Below, in pieces: positions 45,902-58,819 of a stretch of 64,000 nt of DNA; positions within the stretch are counted from its first letter, which is position 1, and every line of letters begins with the position of its first letter. This stretch comes from Selaginella moellendorffii (lineage: Eukaryota; Plantae; Lycopodiophyta), in contig NW_003314341.1 in NCBI RefSeq assembly GCF_000143415.4, positions 167,869-231,868 of the forward strand, given 5' to 3'. The position numbers and the translations under genes were made by a program. The notes beneath the pieces were generated by a model. That model was not told where the DNA came from, did no database searches, and saw only the letters and a list, made by a program, of their open reading frames with translations.

Positions 45902-48730
45902 GGCTGCGTGATATCGCTCCTCCTCCTCCTCCTCCTCCGCAAGGCTTTTCTTGCTTTGCCAGCCTTTTGTTGACAACACTCCCTTCCGCTGTTGTGCCAC
46001 TGACTTTGGCTTGCGCGCGTAGGTAGGCGGGGCGAGTTTTTTAATCTGCAGCGCAGCAAGGGTAAGAAGAAAAAGAGAGAGTTGCGAGGATCAAAACCAC
46101 ATTTTTCCACCGCGGAGGCAAACACATGCACGCACCCAAGTGTCACTTTCGAGCAAGGCATTAGAGTATTTGTCACAAGAATGCCCCAGCCTGACTAGCC
46201 ACAAGAAGATGCCCATTTTTCAAACTTATTCAGAGGTACCTAAGCGCTGTTCATCACCTTTATGCTAGCCAGATAACAGACAATGTGTGTGTATGACACC
46301 ACCAGTGTGCGAAATGAAAACCCGCAGCGGCAAGCAGCAGCACAGTGCCCAGCCAGCCAACCAGCCAGCCAACACACTCGCACAAAAGGAAAAAAAGAAA
46401 AAAGAAAAGATGGAGGAGAGAATAATCTAGACCTCAGTGCAAATGCACAACACAACATTGTGTATCTATCCATCTCTCAACAAACACACACATAGAGCAA
46501 GCAAGGAGAACACGCAAGGAGAACTGGAAAGAAAAAAGAAAGCAAAGCGAAGGATAGAAGAGAGAGCCGAAAAGTGAAAAAAGAAAAGGAACCAAGGACC
46601 CGTTTGCGTAGTGCGCCTTGTACCGCGGCACTGCTCCAATCCAGATGGAGAAGGAGATCAGATCCCGATCTCCTCCTCTCCCTTAGACCAAGGTAGGAAC
46701 GGATAGAAGTGTCTTGGTTAAAGTGATAGAGATCACAAGTGGAGTGGAGGAGTGTGGTGACATCAACCATGAAGAAAAAGAAAAGAAAAGAATTAAGTGA
46801 GAGAGAGAGGAAGGGAGACAGACCTTGGAGGAGCCAAGAGAGAAGAGTTCCACTCACTCACTCTCACTCTCTCTCTCTCTCTCTCTCTCGTACAAACACA
46901 TCTCTCTCTCTCTCTCCCCCACCGGGAGGTCACGCGAATTTAATACCATCCACCCGCAGCGGCCGAGGAACAATTGGGGGAATTCCAGCAAAACGCCAAA
47001 AGCACTCCAATCGCTCAATCAAGTCAACTCCATGCAAAGGACTCGGAGAAGCAAGAACTAATGGAGTGATGAGTCAGATGTTCTATCTTGCCCACACGCG
47101 CACACAGCCAAACACACCAAGCAAAGATTGGCCCGGAGAGACACGAGAGTCGTACCTGGCGTCTGCCAATTCAAGCGCTTGGGCGATTGAGAGATTGTCC
47201 CAGCTCCAGCTCCAGCTCCAGCGAGAGAGCCGAATCAAATGGCCGAGACCTACTGTCTGTGCCTCCGAGGAAGGAAGCACCGATCTCTTCCTTCTCGTGC
47301 TCGCGCTATCGCTAGCTCAACTCAGCCTCCTCTCTCTCGTGCTAGATGGCGATGGCGATGGAGCAAACAAACAAATGCGATGCGATGCGATGCGATGCGA
47401 TGGAGGAAGAGCTTTCTTCTCGTCTTTCTCTTCTTTCTCTCTCTTTCTGCCGCTTTAGCTTAACCTAAGCGATGGTAAATAAAGTGTTCACCTACCGGGC
47501 GCTGACGTGGCCCGGTTGAAAATCATTGCCGAATCATTTGGCGCGGCCGTACAGCGCGAGCACAATTTTCGCGGGCGATTTGCTAATGCGGCCCGGATTA
47601 GGGCTTGTTTCTTGGCGCGGCCGGAGCGTGAAATTCTGGAACAAACGCGACAACGGAATTGACGTTCACATGATAGACGATGGAGATTGATCCTCGTCTC
47701 CCCCACCAAATGATTTGGCATGTTTGTAGCGTGGCCACGACGAGCCAATGGAATGCGCAGATGCAAAGCTACAAGGAGGAATACGAGTGAGTGAGTGAGT
47801 GAGTGGAGACGTCCACGAAAACATTGATGAATCAGTCATTGATTCCTGGCTAGAGCCGCGCGTATACCTTGTTTGTATGCCGTATAGGCCTTTAGCTACA
47901 CGAGTCGGCGTTTTCTTCTTCGTCTTTCTCCTGTTTGGATGGGCAAATGAAGTTAGAGAAGTTAGTGGGAGCGTGGACCAGCCACAGTGAAATCTCTCCT
48001 ACCGCCTTTTGCGATTGAATCAAGGGATGTGATATATGTGTGGGGCTGGGTTGGTTGGCTCCAAATTCAATTCAATTCAATTCAATCCAGCCGGGTGCTC
48101 TTCTCGCCCACGAAAGCTCGCCACCTTTTCCAAGTTCAAACCCCCATTTTCTTTTAATCTTAAGCAAAGCCGGGGAGGAACAAGGATCAGAGCTAATCCC
48201 AGCACGCCACACGAATCCATCGATTATCAATGGATGGCATTTGGTACTACCATCTCAATTTTCTTTCAGTTTCACATGGTCCACCAACCTAAGTGGGGCG
48301 TGGGCCATTCCAAGAACATTTTCAAATTATTTTCTTCATCACGCTCTAGGCTGCATCCGGAGGAGGCCGTACCAAAAGCACCGGCATTTACTGCGCACAT
48401 GGATTAAACGCTTTGTTTACGCAAAAGCCGAGTCCTAATCCCCAGGGGAAGGAATATGCGACTTGCGGCGCGGATATTCAGGTGCCTGACCGTTTTTTGG
48501 ACCCACCGACAAAATGAAGCCGTTGGATATTAAGATTGGCCAGCCTTGGATCCTTACCGCATCGGGGCCGTCCACGTGGCATCCCACAGCTTGGAGGAGC
48601 GTGTCTTCGCTGTGCGGGCAGAAGAAAGAGGCTTGTTCGCTCGCCCGCGAGTAAGCTTAGTGGCTCTGCGCTGATCCTCGTAGCGTTAAGTAATATAGCT
48701 AGCAGCGAGGGAGGAGGAGAGATTCGATCG

Positions 48731-50080
48731 ATGGCGTCGTCGCTGGTAATGCTGCTGCTCATCATCGGCATTGCGGCGCCGTGGTCGCCCACGGCGCTCG
48801 CGAAGACCGTGAACTCCACCCGGGTTCTCGCCAAGTTCGACCATCTCTCCACATTCAACAGGTATCTGTCCGAGACGGGCGTGATCAAGGAGGTGGACTC
48901 GCGCTCCTCCATCACGCTCTTCATCCCGCCCAACGCCGTGCTCGACCCGGTCATCGCCTCCGTGGGCGCCAACAATCTCCTCGTCATCGCCGACATCCTG
49001 CGCTACCACTGCGTGCTACAGTACCTGGAGATCAAGGAGATCCGCTCCATGACCAATGCCACCGGCATTGTGCTCGCCACGCTCTACCAGACCACCGGCA
49101 AGCCCACGGGTGAGTATGGCTTCGTCAATGTCTCCGTCTCGCACGGCGGGCTCATCCATCTGGGCGTCCCCGGCGCCGCCTCCAACGCCACCGTCGTCAA
49201 GAACGTCACGCAGCACCCGTACGACATGAGCTACATGGAGCTGGATCATCCGCTCATGCCCATGGATCTGGGCATCGACCAGGGCGCCGCCCCCAGCGTC
49301 AACAATCTCACCGCCGCGCTCAAGGCCAAGGGCAACTTCAACACCTTCCTGGGCCTCCTGGCCTCCACCGGCGTGGACAAGTCCCTCCGATCCATGTCCG
49401 CGGTCACGCTCCTCGCCCCCGACGATGACGCATTCAAGGCGCTCCCGCCCAATGCTCTGGCGGAGCTCTCGCAGGCCCAGAAGATCGCGCTGCTCCAGTT
49501 CCACGCCATCGCCACGTACTTCACCATGGGATCGCTCCGGTCGGTGGCCACGCCGCTGCCCACCGTCGCCTCCTCCAGGATCGGCGGCTTCGAGCTCAAC
49601 GTCTCCACCGCCGGCGGCAAAGGCGTCAGCTTCGTCACTGGTCTCAACCGGGCCGACGTCACGGACACCGAGCTCGACACTCCTCCAGTCGCGGTCTACG
49701 CCGTCAATCGCGTGCTGCTGCCTCCGGAGATCTTCGCGCTCGCTCCCGCGGGAGCCCCGGGACCTGCATTGTCCGTGGCTCCATCGCTAGCTCCCGAGCT
49801 CAGTCCAGCGCCCACTCCGGGACCGAGCTCCAGCCCGAGCCCGAGCCCCAGCCCGAGCCCGAGCCCCAGCCCCGAGAGCGCTCCCAGCCCGAGCCCGGTG
49901 ATGGTTCCAGCCGCGTCGCCACCCGCGCCGCCCTCCTCTGAGACGCCGTCTTCCTCCTCCTCGGCTCCCGAGGAAGCTGCCCCAGGAAGATCGCCAAGCG
50001 CTGCCCGAGCGAGCGTGTCGCTGGATGGAGGTGCTCTTGTTGCCGCTGGAATCTTGGTGTGGAGCTGGATGTGTTTGTGA
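48731..50080 (+). CDS. Fasciclin-like arabinogalactan protein (two FAS1 domains, AP/SP-rich region, probable GPI signal)
   Basis: Signal peptide MASSLVMLLLII; ITLFIPPN..LRYH and VTLLAPDDDAF..LLQFH; VYAVNRVLLP; hydrophobic C-terminus. Confidence 0.92.
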   Translation: MASSLVMLLLIIGIAAPWSPTALAKTVNSTRVLAKFDHLSTFNRYLSETGVIKEVDSRSSITLFIPPNAVLDPVIASVGANNLLVIADILRYHCVLQYLEIKEIRSMTNATGIVLATLYQTTGKPTGEYGFVNVSVSHGGLIHLGVPGAASNATVVKNVTQHPYDMSYMELDHPLMPMDLGIDQGAAPSVNNLTAALKAKGNFNTFLGLLASTGVDKSLRSMSAVTLLAPDDDAFKALPPNALAELSQAQKIALLQFHAIATYFTMGSLRSVATPLPTVASSRIGGFELNVSTAGGKGVSFVTGLNRADVTDTELDTPPVAVYAVNRVLLPPEIFALAPAGAPGPALSVAPSLAPELSPAPTPGPSSSPSPSPSPSPSPSPESAPSPSPVMVPAASPPAPPSSETPSSSSSAPEEAAPGRSPSAARASVSLDGGALVAAGILVWSWMCL

Positions 50081-51055
50081 AAGTTGCCGTGCCGATTTGT
50101 TGTTTGCTATGTGGGTATGGATCGATCACGCTCTTTTTGTTTCCATTTCCTTTTAGAACTTTCGATTTCATGGTTGTGACTGATATGATGGACTAGGCTC
50201 GTGCTCTTGATGATGGTTTTTGCTTCCTCCCTTCTATACTTAATAATAACCAGGGATGTATGTTCACGTGACTTCAGTCTCTAGTTATAATCCAAGTAAA
50301 TTTCTTGATTTGTGTTGGTTGAATCTCAGCAAGAAGTACTCGACTGCCAGGATGAGCACAGAAACGTCCTCGTCTCGTCGCAGCACTGCCGGCGATCCGA
50401 AGAGATCACAAACAAGTAGACCTGACCTCCCTCTCCTCTCCTTTTCATCTTTTCTCCCTTCCCTCCACGCACCACTCTTTTATCGTCTTCGAACAGCCAT
50501 AACTCTGTTGCAACCGCAACAGCAACACCTGGAGGGGCTGGCTGGATGCTGTGCGATTGGGATGCGAGCAGCGAGCGGCAGCACAAGCTCTGTGGCCCGT
50601 GTAATCTTAGGCACAAGAAGTTGGTATGAAGGATTCAATGCTCCTCCTCCCTCCTCCACTCGGTTTAAAAACACCAGGCATATAAAAAACTATCAGGCTA
50701 GGCAAGCAGCAAGAAGCTTTAAACCAAAGCTTTAGTATTTCGCAGCCAGCTTCTGCAATACAGCCGATAGAGCATTTTCTACAGCCAGCCCTGAGAGATT
50801 GTGCTTGTATGGGGGCCCCAGGGCAACGCGACAAACAAAGATGCCTACGCAAAGAGAGAAGAAAAGAAAAAAAAAAAAAGGAAAAGGTGACGAGCACCAG
50901 CAGCCTTGCCTGGATCTCATTATACCTATGAATGTAGTGCAGGGACAGTTAACCGCAATCCAAATTCATCCACTCACATTTTTCTGCTGCAATCTCATTC
51001 TTTATTCTTCCGTGGCTGCTTCCATCCAGAGGGGCGATGAGAGCTTCAGCCTCCG

Positions 51056-53064
51056 TCAGCCTCCAGAGTGAGCCACTGGCGTCGTCACGAAGCGACCGTC
51101 TTCATACACATTGACAAATTGCTCTGGCAGGGCGTGCTCCACCTGACACGAAAAGATTGCAAACCGATTTAGCCTGTGCCAGCAAAAACACGCAGTCTTA
51201 CATAGTCGTCCTCGGCAGTAGAACCAGGTACGAGGACGTTGATCTCGCTGGATTTGGCGGTGGTAATAGACGCCTTTAGAGACTCTGTACTCAAGTAGAG
51301 CTGACATCCGTTCGTGTTGTCCACTGCGATAGTTGGTGCCATTCCCTGCAAAGCACTGGATGAGACCAAGGCTGGCTGGCAACAGCTTAAGTCCCACCTG
51401 GCATTGGACCTCGACGCTCGTACAGTTCACAACCTCGCAAGCGGCAACAACGTCCTGGAAAGACACTTCACATGCTCGGAATGAATCAAACAGGGCGCGT
51501 CATTTTCACCTTGAACACCAGGCCCGTCTTAGAGCACTTGTCAAATGTCACGTTATTGACTTTCCCTGCGCAATGGATTCCAGCACAAATATCTCTCTCG
51601 TAAAACTTTACCTCGAATCTGAATGACTGAGCCCTTGCAGCCAAATATGTACACGGACTGCCTTGGATTGCACTCGCTTATTATAATCTCCTTGTTGTTC
51701 GTCTGGTTCTCTACCACCCATCTGTCAGCACAAATATTGCGTTCGTTAGCACAAATATCACGGAAAGGACACTGCTCACTTTCGATCAAGTTGCAGTTCA
51801 AATACGGGAGTAGACGCCTTCGGCTGAGTGACAGCAACGTTTGACGTTTTCTCAGATGCCTGGACAAAGCCCGGCCTCTCAGCTCTGTTCTTCGTCTTCA
51901 TGTCATCGGTCACTTTCCTTAATCCTGAAAACCACAGGCACACCAGTCACGTGAGCTTCCAGACAAGACCAAAGGAGCCAAGCAAAGCTTACCTGACGTC
52001 ACTGATCCACCCTTGTTGATGTCCTTAAATACTGCGCTCATGGACGGTTTGGAGGCACCAGCCGCTGCAGGCACTGGAGCTGCTGCAGTGGGGAGAGGTG
52101 GAGGACCTGGAGGCGGTGGAGGACCCGGCGGCGAGGGCGCTTTTGGTACTTTCGGAGGGGCTGGACCTTCCAGATACTGCTTCACCTCAACGCCTTTGGG
52201 ATTCCAAGATGGCCCAGTCGCATGAAACTGCTTGACGTAATCTCTCAATCCGGGGAAGAAAAGCTCCTTTATGGCCTTAGCCCACTCGGCTTGGTCTGGA
52301 TTCTTCGCTCGGAATTCAATGAGAACCTGTCATGAATGCAAATGCGCAAAGTTACGGGGAGAAACTTCAACCAGGCCTTACATGCCTTATTGTTGTAGAA
52401 CTCCGCCGACTGCCAGCTTTCCTCCACTTGACTTATGGGCTTGGGCATGCCTAGATAGATAACAACACAGATAAGAAGTTCCGAAGAACAGTCGATTTCG
52501 AGAGTGACGAACTTTACCCGATTGTTTGGTGTAGACGACCCATGAGAGAGATTGCAAGCTTTCCGCTATAACTTTGACATTGTTGAAGGCATCCGTCCTC
52601 CTTCCTTCCGTTAGAGAATGCGCCTTCATCAACAGCAAAGCTAACGGATGCACTAGCTTTTGGAGCTCCTCCATGCTCGGTTCCTACCAAAGTACGTAAA
52701 GGTTTTAGCTCAGATCTAGATCTAAGTCAATGGAAAAAATTTCCCAACATACCTTGCATTGGGAGATCGCTCGCACGATTTTCCTCTCTTCTTCAAATGC
52801 CTCCTTGATCAGCTTGCTAGCTTCCAAGACCTGGCCTCCAATCTTCTCCGCAGCTGCCATCACCCTGCCAACGCTTGCCGATACAAGCTCCTCAAATGCA
52901 GCCACCGAGGGTGCTCCCGCCGATTCCAGCTCCAGATTTGCTGCATCGGGGAATCGCTCGGACTTGACACCGCCACCTCCAGCAGCAAGGCGGGATTCTA
53001 GCGCCTCCAAGCGCCCCACCGCAGCCTCCAGCCGGCTCACGGCAGCCTCCAGCGCCTGCGCCAT
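51056..53064 (-). CDS. CAP1: Adenylyl cyclase-associated protein (multi-exon)
   Basis: AVSRLEAAVGRLE N-terminal motif; GPSWNPKG; poly-Pro; WH2-like AVFKDINKG; WVVENQ; APTIAVDNTNGCQLYLS; ITTAKSSEINV; EHALPEQF..VTTPVAHSGG*. Confidence 0.93.
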
Positions 53065-53142
53065 TGGAAGAGAAGAAGAACCCTAAAAAGAGAGAAGTGC
53101 TCCTCCCCAGGGTTTATGTCGATATTGTAGGGCTAATGCGAG

Positions 53143-54789
53143 ATGGCGATTGCAATGGCGCTGTCAAGAATGCCACCGCCGATGATCGGGCACGCGATCG
53201 GCAATGGACAAGCGGCATGGCCTGGCAAATGCTGTCAGCTGGAGGAAAGGCTGATGAATCTCGAGAGGCACCAGGTAAACAGAGTGGTGCCGGCAATCAG
53301 GCAATGGATCCGGGAAGGAAATAGTGTGACCAGCTGTGGCCTGGATCGTGTAGTGCGGAGGCTTCGCTCCAGGAAGCGCTATCTTCAAGCTCTCATGGTA
53401 AGCTTTACTTCGCTTGTTTTCGAGGAGAGAAATAAGGTTGTTTTCAAGGCACTGGACTGGGTTGCAAACGAGAAAGTGATCCCATTCGGCTACCACGAAA
53501 CTCTCCAGCGCCTCGACCTTTGCTCGCGTTGTCACCACGTAACGAGGACACTTCTACTCTTTCGGAGGCTTCCAAAGCAGTGGAGGAGTGAGGACGCCTA
53601 CTGCATTCTTCTCGAACTGTACTACAAGAGGGACATGCTGGAGGACGCGGAGAAGACAATGCAAGAGCTGAGAGGGATTGGGATCAAAAGCTTGCAACCT
53701 TACCATCTCATGCTCTCGTTTTACAAGCTCCGGGGCATGGAAATGAGGTTTGAGCGTATGGTGACGGAGATCAAGGGCTCCGGGTTGGCACTCGATCGCT
53801 CTTTCTATACGATTCTGCTGGCTGCTCGTGACAGCTTTGGAGGTGACATGGTTGCTGTGGAAGACGTTCTAGCCGAGATGGAAGGCAGAGGGTTGAAACT
53901 CGATGCAGTGGGGTGCTTGGCGGTGGCTGGGATTTATCTCAGGAGTGGACTGCGCCACAAGTCGGAACGGGTCTTACAGAGGTTGGAAAAGTCACTGAAG
54001 TCAGGTGAGTTCAAGGACTCGAATTCTATACGAAGGAGGATGCTGGCCATGTTTGGGAAACTAGGAGACAGGGATGCAGTTGACAGGATTTGGCATTCAA
54101 TAGAGCGCTCTGCAAGTACTACCGTGGAGGATTTCATCTTTGGCATTGAAGCGTTTGGTAGAGTGGGAAAGATGGACGAAGCCGAGGATATGTATATGCG
54201 AGTAGGATGCAACAGCTGCAATCCGAGGCTACACAATGCCTTTCTCGCTGTCCTCGTGGAGCAGGGTGATGTGATTCGAGCCGTTGCTTTAGTGGAACGT
54301 ATGAAGGGTGTCAGATGTCTTCTGAGCACGGTCACTTATCATCTTCTCATCAAGGTCTACCTGAAGGCTGGCGATGTGAGCCGAGCTACGCTCGCATTCG
54401 AGAGCCTAAGATCGGCTTTCGGGAAACTGGAGTGGCCGCGTCCTTCTTCAGAAACACTAGCGGTAATGCTGGAGTTTTTCGTTGGAATAGGAGACGTGCA
54501 GGCCAGTGAACGTCTTGTCAAGAAGTGGATGGAAGATGGCTTTCCCTTGAGTGCCGCGGTTTTCCACTCCCTTTTCAGGGTATATGCGAAAGGCGGAGCT
54601 GGTGTTGACAACTTTCCTGGACGAATGCTCAGTGCTGGAGTTGAGCCAACTCGTGAGACGGAGCAGCTTTTGAGGCAAATCTCGACGTTTTTGCGCGAGA
54701 ACAGCAAAAAAGATTTTCCTTTATCCGATCGCCGAGGTGAAACAAGTTCATGCAGATGGCTACGTACTAGGCACTTACTGGTAAGCTGA
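53143..54789 (+). CDS. P-class pentatricopeptide repeat protein (probable short intron ~53398-53448; 3' end uncertain)
   Basis: 548-aa ORF with PPR-like helical repeats (YCILLELY, YHLMLSFY, HNAFLAVL, TYHLLIKVY, FHSLFRVY). Confidence 0.8.
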   Translation: MAIAMALSRMPPPMIGHAIGNGQAAWPGKCCQLEERLMNLERHQVNRVVPAIRQWIREGNSVTSCGLDRVVRRLRSRKRYLQALMVSFTSLVFEERNKVVFKALDWVANEKVIPFGYHETLQRLDLCSRCHHVTRTLLLFRRLPKQWRSEDAYCILLELYYKRDMLEDAEKTMQELRGIGIKSLQPYHLMLSFYKLRGMEMRFERMVTEIKGSGLALDRSFYTILLAARDSFGGDMVAVEDVLAEMEGRGLKLDAVGCLAVAGIYLRSGLRHKSERVLQRLEKSLKSGEFKDSNSIRRRMLAMFGKLGDRDAVDRIWHSIERSASTTVEDFIFGIEAFGRVGKMDEAEDMYMRVGCNSCNPRLHNAFLAVLVEQGDVIRAVALVERMKGVRCLLSTVTYHLLIKVYLKAGDVSRATLAFESLRSAFGKLEWPRPSSETLAVMLEFFVGIGDVQASERLVKKWMEDGFPLSAAVFHSLFRVYAKGGAGVDNFPGRMLSAGVEPTRETEQLLRQISTFLRENSKKDFPLSDRRGETSSCRWLRTRHLLVS

Positions 54790-55153
54790 CGTCCACCCCT
54801 TTCTGCATTTCTTCGATCCACTCTCCAGTGGTCTGAAATCGCATGTGGACTGCGATTATTTGCAGGTCTGATTTGAAGCTGCAGTGTGTGCTGCTGCAGA
54901 CGAAAGTGAGACGAGGAGAAGGATGGCTTACTTTCTCGGTGGTGGAAAGCCTCCTGATCTCGATCGGTTTGAGAATGTGATCTACTTCTTCCAAGTCGCT
55001 CCCGCCCTCAAGACCGTCCATGAGCTCCCAGGTATTGATTATCTCCGCGCTTGCATTTTCCATCTTTTCCTGCGCATCTCGGTACTGACTTTCTGCTTTT
55101 TCAGCTGGCAGAGAGCTCTGAGGTGCCGCCTGTTTGGATAGTATGCATCCCAT
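54780..55153 (-). pseudogene. Possible N-terminal fragment of a plant glutaredoxin-domain family protein
   Basis: MGCILSK lipidation-type N-terminus and EIINTWELMDGLE motif; no glutaredoxin domain found downstream. Confidence 0.35.
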
Positions 55154-55557
55154 TGCAAGATCAGTGGGCGAGTCCTTGTGCTGCCTGGCCTGCAATTATT
55201 TATTCTCTGGCAATGATGGCAAGGTGGTAGATTGTGGAGGTGGCACTCATTGCAGAGGAGATTCGGTTTGCAAGAAAGGAATGGGTTTAGATCCGAGTTA
55301 AGAGACCTACACTCAGAATATCTGGGGTGGATTGGCGTGGAAGCCATGGCATGGAGAGAAAATTCCGTCGAATCGAAGATTTGATAACTGACAAAACAAG
55401 CCAAGTCCAGGAATCGCTTGGGATGAAATTATGTTCCTGAAAAGAGCTGCACTCCTTTACTCTTCTACAACGTCAGTGCTTTGCTAAAGAATCAACGACA
55501 AATGACGAGAAACCACCTCCCTAGTGTACAGAGAGAAGATGCGCAAAATCCGACTGC

Positions 55558-57486
55558 TTACTTTGCTGGATAGTTGCAGCCACCGTAACCTGAGACAACA
55601 AGAAGTTTGACAAGGACGGGGCGGAAGCTTGGTTAGCTGATTACAGAGTAAACTGGTAGAGGTAGCTTGCTTACTGGGGTCCGAGATGGCGACAACGGCA
55701 TTGTTCCTGAAGTCACAGTTCCAGTAGTTTCGGCCGTGCCTCTGGTAGTAACTGTTGAAGGCGTATGAGGCGTGCGAAGTGACATCGTTGGGATAGTAAC
55801 AGGCTCCTCCCGGTTGGATGGCTAAGCAGTCTGCCCCTCCTTCTCCGCAGGCAAAGCCAAGAGCAGCTGCAAGAGAGGTGGCGTCTGCGTTTGGCTTTGC
55901 AACGCACCACACTGGCGCTCCGTGCCCGCCCGAAGGCGTCGATGGAGTTCCAGAGTATGGTGGAGTCGGCGGAGTCATTGGAGCGGGATAGACGATGACT
56001 GGAGAGGGCGGGATCATTGGAGCTGGGAAGGTGACTGGAGATGGCGGAGGTTTTGGAAACGACGGAGTCATCGGGGATGGATAAGTTACTGGAGCTGGCG
56101 GAGCTCCCACGGACGGTGGAGTTGGGGGTGGATAAGTTACTGGAGCTGGCGGAGCTCCCACAGACGGTGGAGTTGGGGATGGATAAGTGACTGGAGCTGG
56201 GGGAGCTCCCACAGATGGTGGAGTTGGAGTCGTAACAGGTGATGGTGGAGTTGCAAACGGAGGGCGAGATGGCGGCGGCGGCGGCGGCGGTGTGATGGGA
56301 ATTGTTACTGGCGTCGGGGGGTTGGGAGAGACAAAGGGACTGGGTGGAGTGATGACAGAGCCGCTCTTCAAAATTCCGACGTCATAGACTGTGGAACCAT
56401 CTGGCCGAAACAGTCCGTAATTCCTCTCCGACGCCGGTCCTTCTTTCAAGTTCTCGTTGTAAAGGGAGAAGATGTAGGTGTCGATCTGCTGCTTGGGCCT
56501 GAGAGGAGTTCCCGGACTGCTGCTGATGTAAAACACGAGGTTCCTGTTGTACAGCATGGCGTTTCGCAAGCTCACTTCGGCTTCACTGGGGTCTCCAAGT
56601 GATGGCCACCCCGTCTCGGACACTCCAATGCGGACGTCCGGGAAGCGCAACTTTTTCATGGCCGAGATGACAGCGTCCAGCATTGCTCCAAACATGTTGC
56701 TGTAGAGGAACTGTGTTCCCGGGTCCGTGACACCGGAATTTGGAAGGAAGAGGCAGTAGGCAAGCGAGACGTCTCGGGGGTTGCTGCGGTAGGCCATGAA
56801 GGGATATGCATTCACCATGAAGGTGGAGTTTGTGGCCTGGAGGAAGGTGAGGAGAGGAACGAGCGCGGACTGAGCGAGGTCGGGCCGGAACGTCCCACTC
56901 GAGGGTGGAAAAGAAGTGCTGAGAGTTGCAAGGGACTGGGGAGCTGTGATCTTGATAAGATCGTTGAGCTTGAGAGTGACGAGCGCCGACTGGAGGCTGT
57001 TCATGGCGGGAACGAGCTGCGCCGCAAGCTGCTGGTTGGAATTCTTTCCGGCGAGAACCTCGTTACCGACGGCAATCCCACGTATCCTCGTATCCGGCAA
57101 GTACGTCACCACGTTCTGCCGCATCCACGACAGCGCTGCTCCTTGATCAACCAGCGACGGTATCTGCTCGTTTGGGATGCCAACAGTGATGTCAAAGCTG
57201 GTTCCGGCGAAGGCCCGCAGGATGGCTGGATTCGCGTCGTAGAGCTTCACCTTGCCAATGTTGGTGTTTTTGAGGAGCTCCACAACTTGAGATGGTGGAG
57301 GCAAGTTGTTCCCGCGTGTTCCATAGTTGACACCGATGGGATTGTCAGCTGGGACGAATCACACAAAACAAGACGCGGGTGAGCAAAAACTTTGAGACGT
57401 TTTCTTCCTCTTTGACACTTACTTGCAGACTCAGACTCGTGGAGAAGCAGCAGCACTAGAAGCAGCAGCAGCAGAAGGCTCTTCAT
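55558..57486 (-). CDS. Glucan endo-1,3-beta-glucosidase (GH17) with Pro-rich linker and X8/CBM43 domain
   Basis: Signal exon MKSLLLLL; IGVNYG; IAVGNE; NAYPF; VSETGWPS; FSLYNENLK; WCVAK..HASYAFNSYYQ; last exon YGGCNYP (exact stop uncertain). Confidence 0.92.
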
Positions 57487-58312
57487 TTCGTTGACGCAGG
57501 CTGGAACAAGAGCTCTCGAGCTTGCTAGCTAGCTATCTCTCTCTCTCTCTCTCTCTCTCTTTCGTGTCTGTCACAGTATGCAAGTAGTATATAGATTGCA
57601 CTAAGGTTAAGAGAGGCGCTTGATGAGCTCGTTTTTATGTTCCAGAGTCTTTCATCTGGTGATGGGACAGCGCGCTCTCCAGGAGAGGGGAGAGCATTCA
57701 CAATTGGGCTAAAAGCGTGGAAATGCGCTGGGGAATCCCGATCCAACGAGGGAAGCATCTGCTTTCCGCTAGGCCACCCAGGAAGCAAGCAATGGATGGG
57801 AAATAAATCTGCGAGGCTCTTTCTTTCTCTCTCTCTCTCTCTCTCGCGTATGCGTACTTGGGCGACTGAGAAAAAGCTCATTTTTGGAAGCGGGCAGCTT
57901 GTGGATGCGTGGATATTCGCAGCCTTGTTACAAAGCAAAAGACTTGGAGAGAGCCTTTGTCGTGCCTTGCAATGCACAACTAAACTGGGTGTCCGACAGG
58001 AGGTATAAGAGGGGAGAGCTGTTACTTGCTTAACTCGGGGATCTCTTGTTGATCGATGCCGAGCTGATAAGTTACTGTGAGGTGTCACTGCGTTGGAGCG
58101 AGCAGTCTGTGTCACCAAAGTGGCTTTGTTTGTGGACCCGTTTGGTTTTTCTTTAGCTTTCCTGTTTGCGATCTGACCCGACCGACCGACCGACCGACTT
58201 GTTAATGCTCCGGGGCTCCTGCTAAAGTATCCCCTTTTTTCTTTCCTTCTTTCCAGCCAAAACAATCTCTCCTGGGCGATTGAGACGCATCCTTCCCAGT
58301 CTCTTTCTCTAC

Positions 58313-58757
58313 CTAGTAGCTATTGCCCGTGAACAAGTCCTCCTTGACAACCGCCAGGATCTCGTCGTCCTCGTACAGCTCAAACCTGCCAATGGTTCAA
58401 AGATCAATCCATGCTTTCATGGAAGTTGTTCTTACTCCCTGTCGTAGAGGCGAATGGTGGTGCCCGGATGATCCGGGAGGAGAACCGTGTCCCCGACCTT
58501 GACAGTGTTTGGGATGCGTTTCCCAGTCTCCGTCACCTTGCCCCCGCCCACGGCAACCACTCTCGCCGGAACGCACTATGGAACCACAGACAAGAATCAT
58601 GAGGGACAAGTCTCACAAGTGGAGAAAGAGCAACCTTGCTTAAGCGCAGCCGCGTGGGGAGATAGAGGCCGGCGGATGTTATGTCCTTGAAATCGATCTT
58701 CTCCAGCAGCACCTTGTCCAGGATTGGAACGAACTTCTTTACCGCCGCCGACGCCAT
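58313..58757 (-). CDS. CPN10: 10 kDa chaperonin (Cpn10/GroES family), 3 exons
   Basis: FVPILDKVLLEK..TSAGLYLP; VVAVGGG..VKVGDTVLLP; FELYEDDEILAVV. Confidence 0.8.
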
Positions 58758-58819
58758 CGCGCGCTCTCCTTAAACCCTAAACCCCTTCCCCCCTTTTAGG
58801 GCTCCATCGAGTTGCTGCC

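Noticed and set aside
46600-47460. CT/GA microsatellites, small hairpins and a 239-aa ORF; possible miRNA locus
   Set aside because: No miRNA I recognise and no long stem; the ORF is low complexity; likely promoter, UTR or intron DNA
50256-50930. Possible small spliced gene between FLA and CAP1
   Set aside because: Short ORFs without recognisable homology; cannot be supported without expression data
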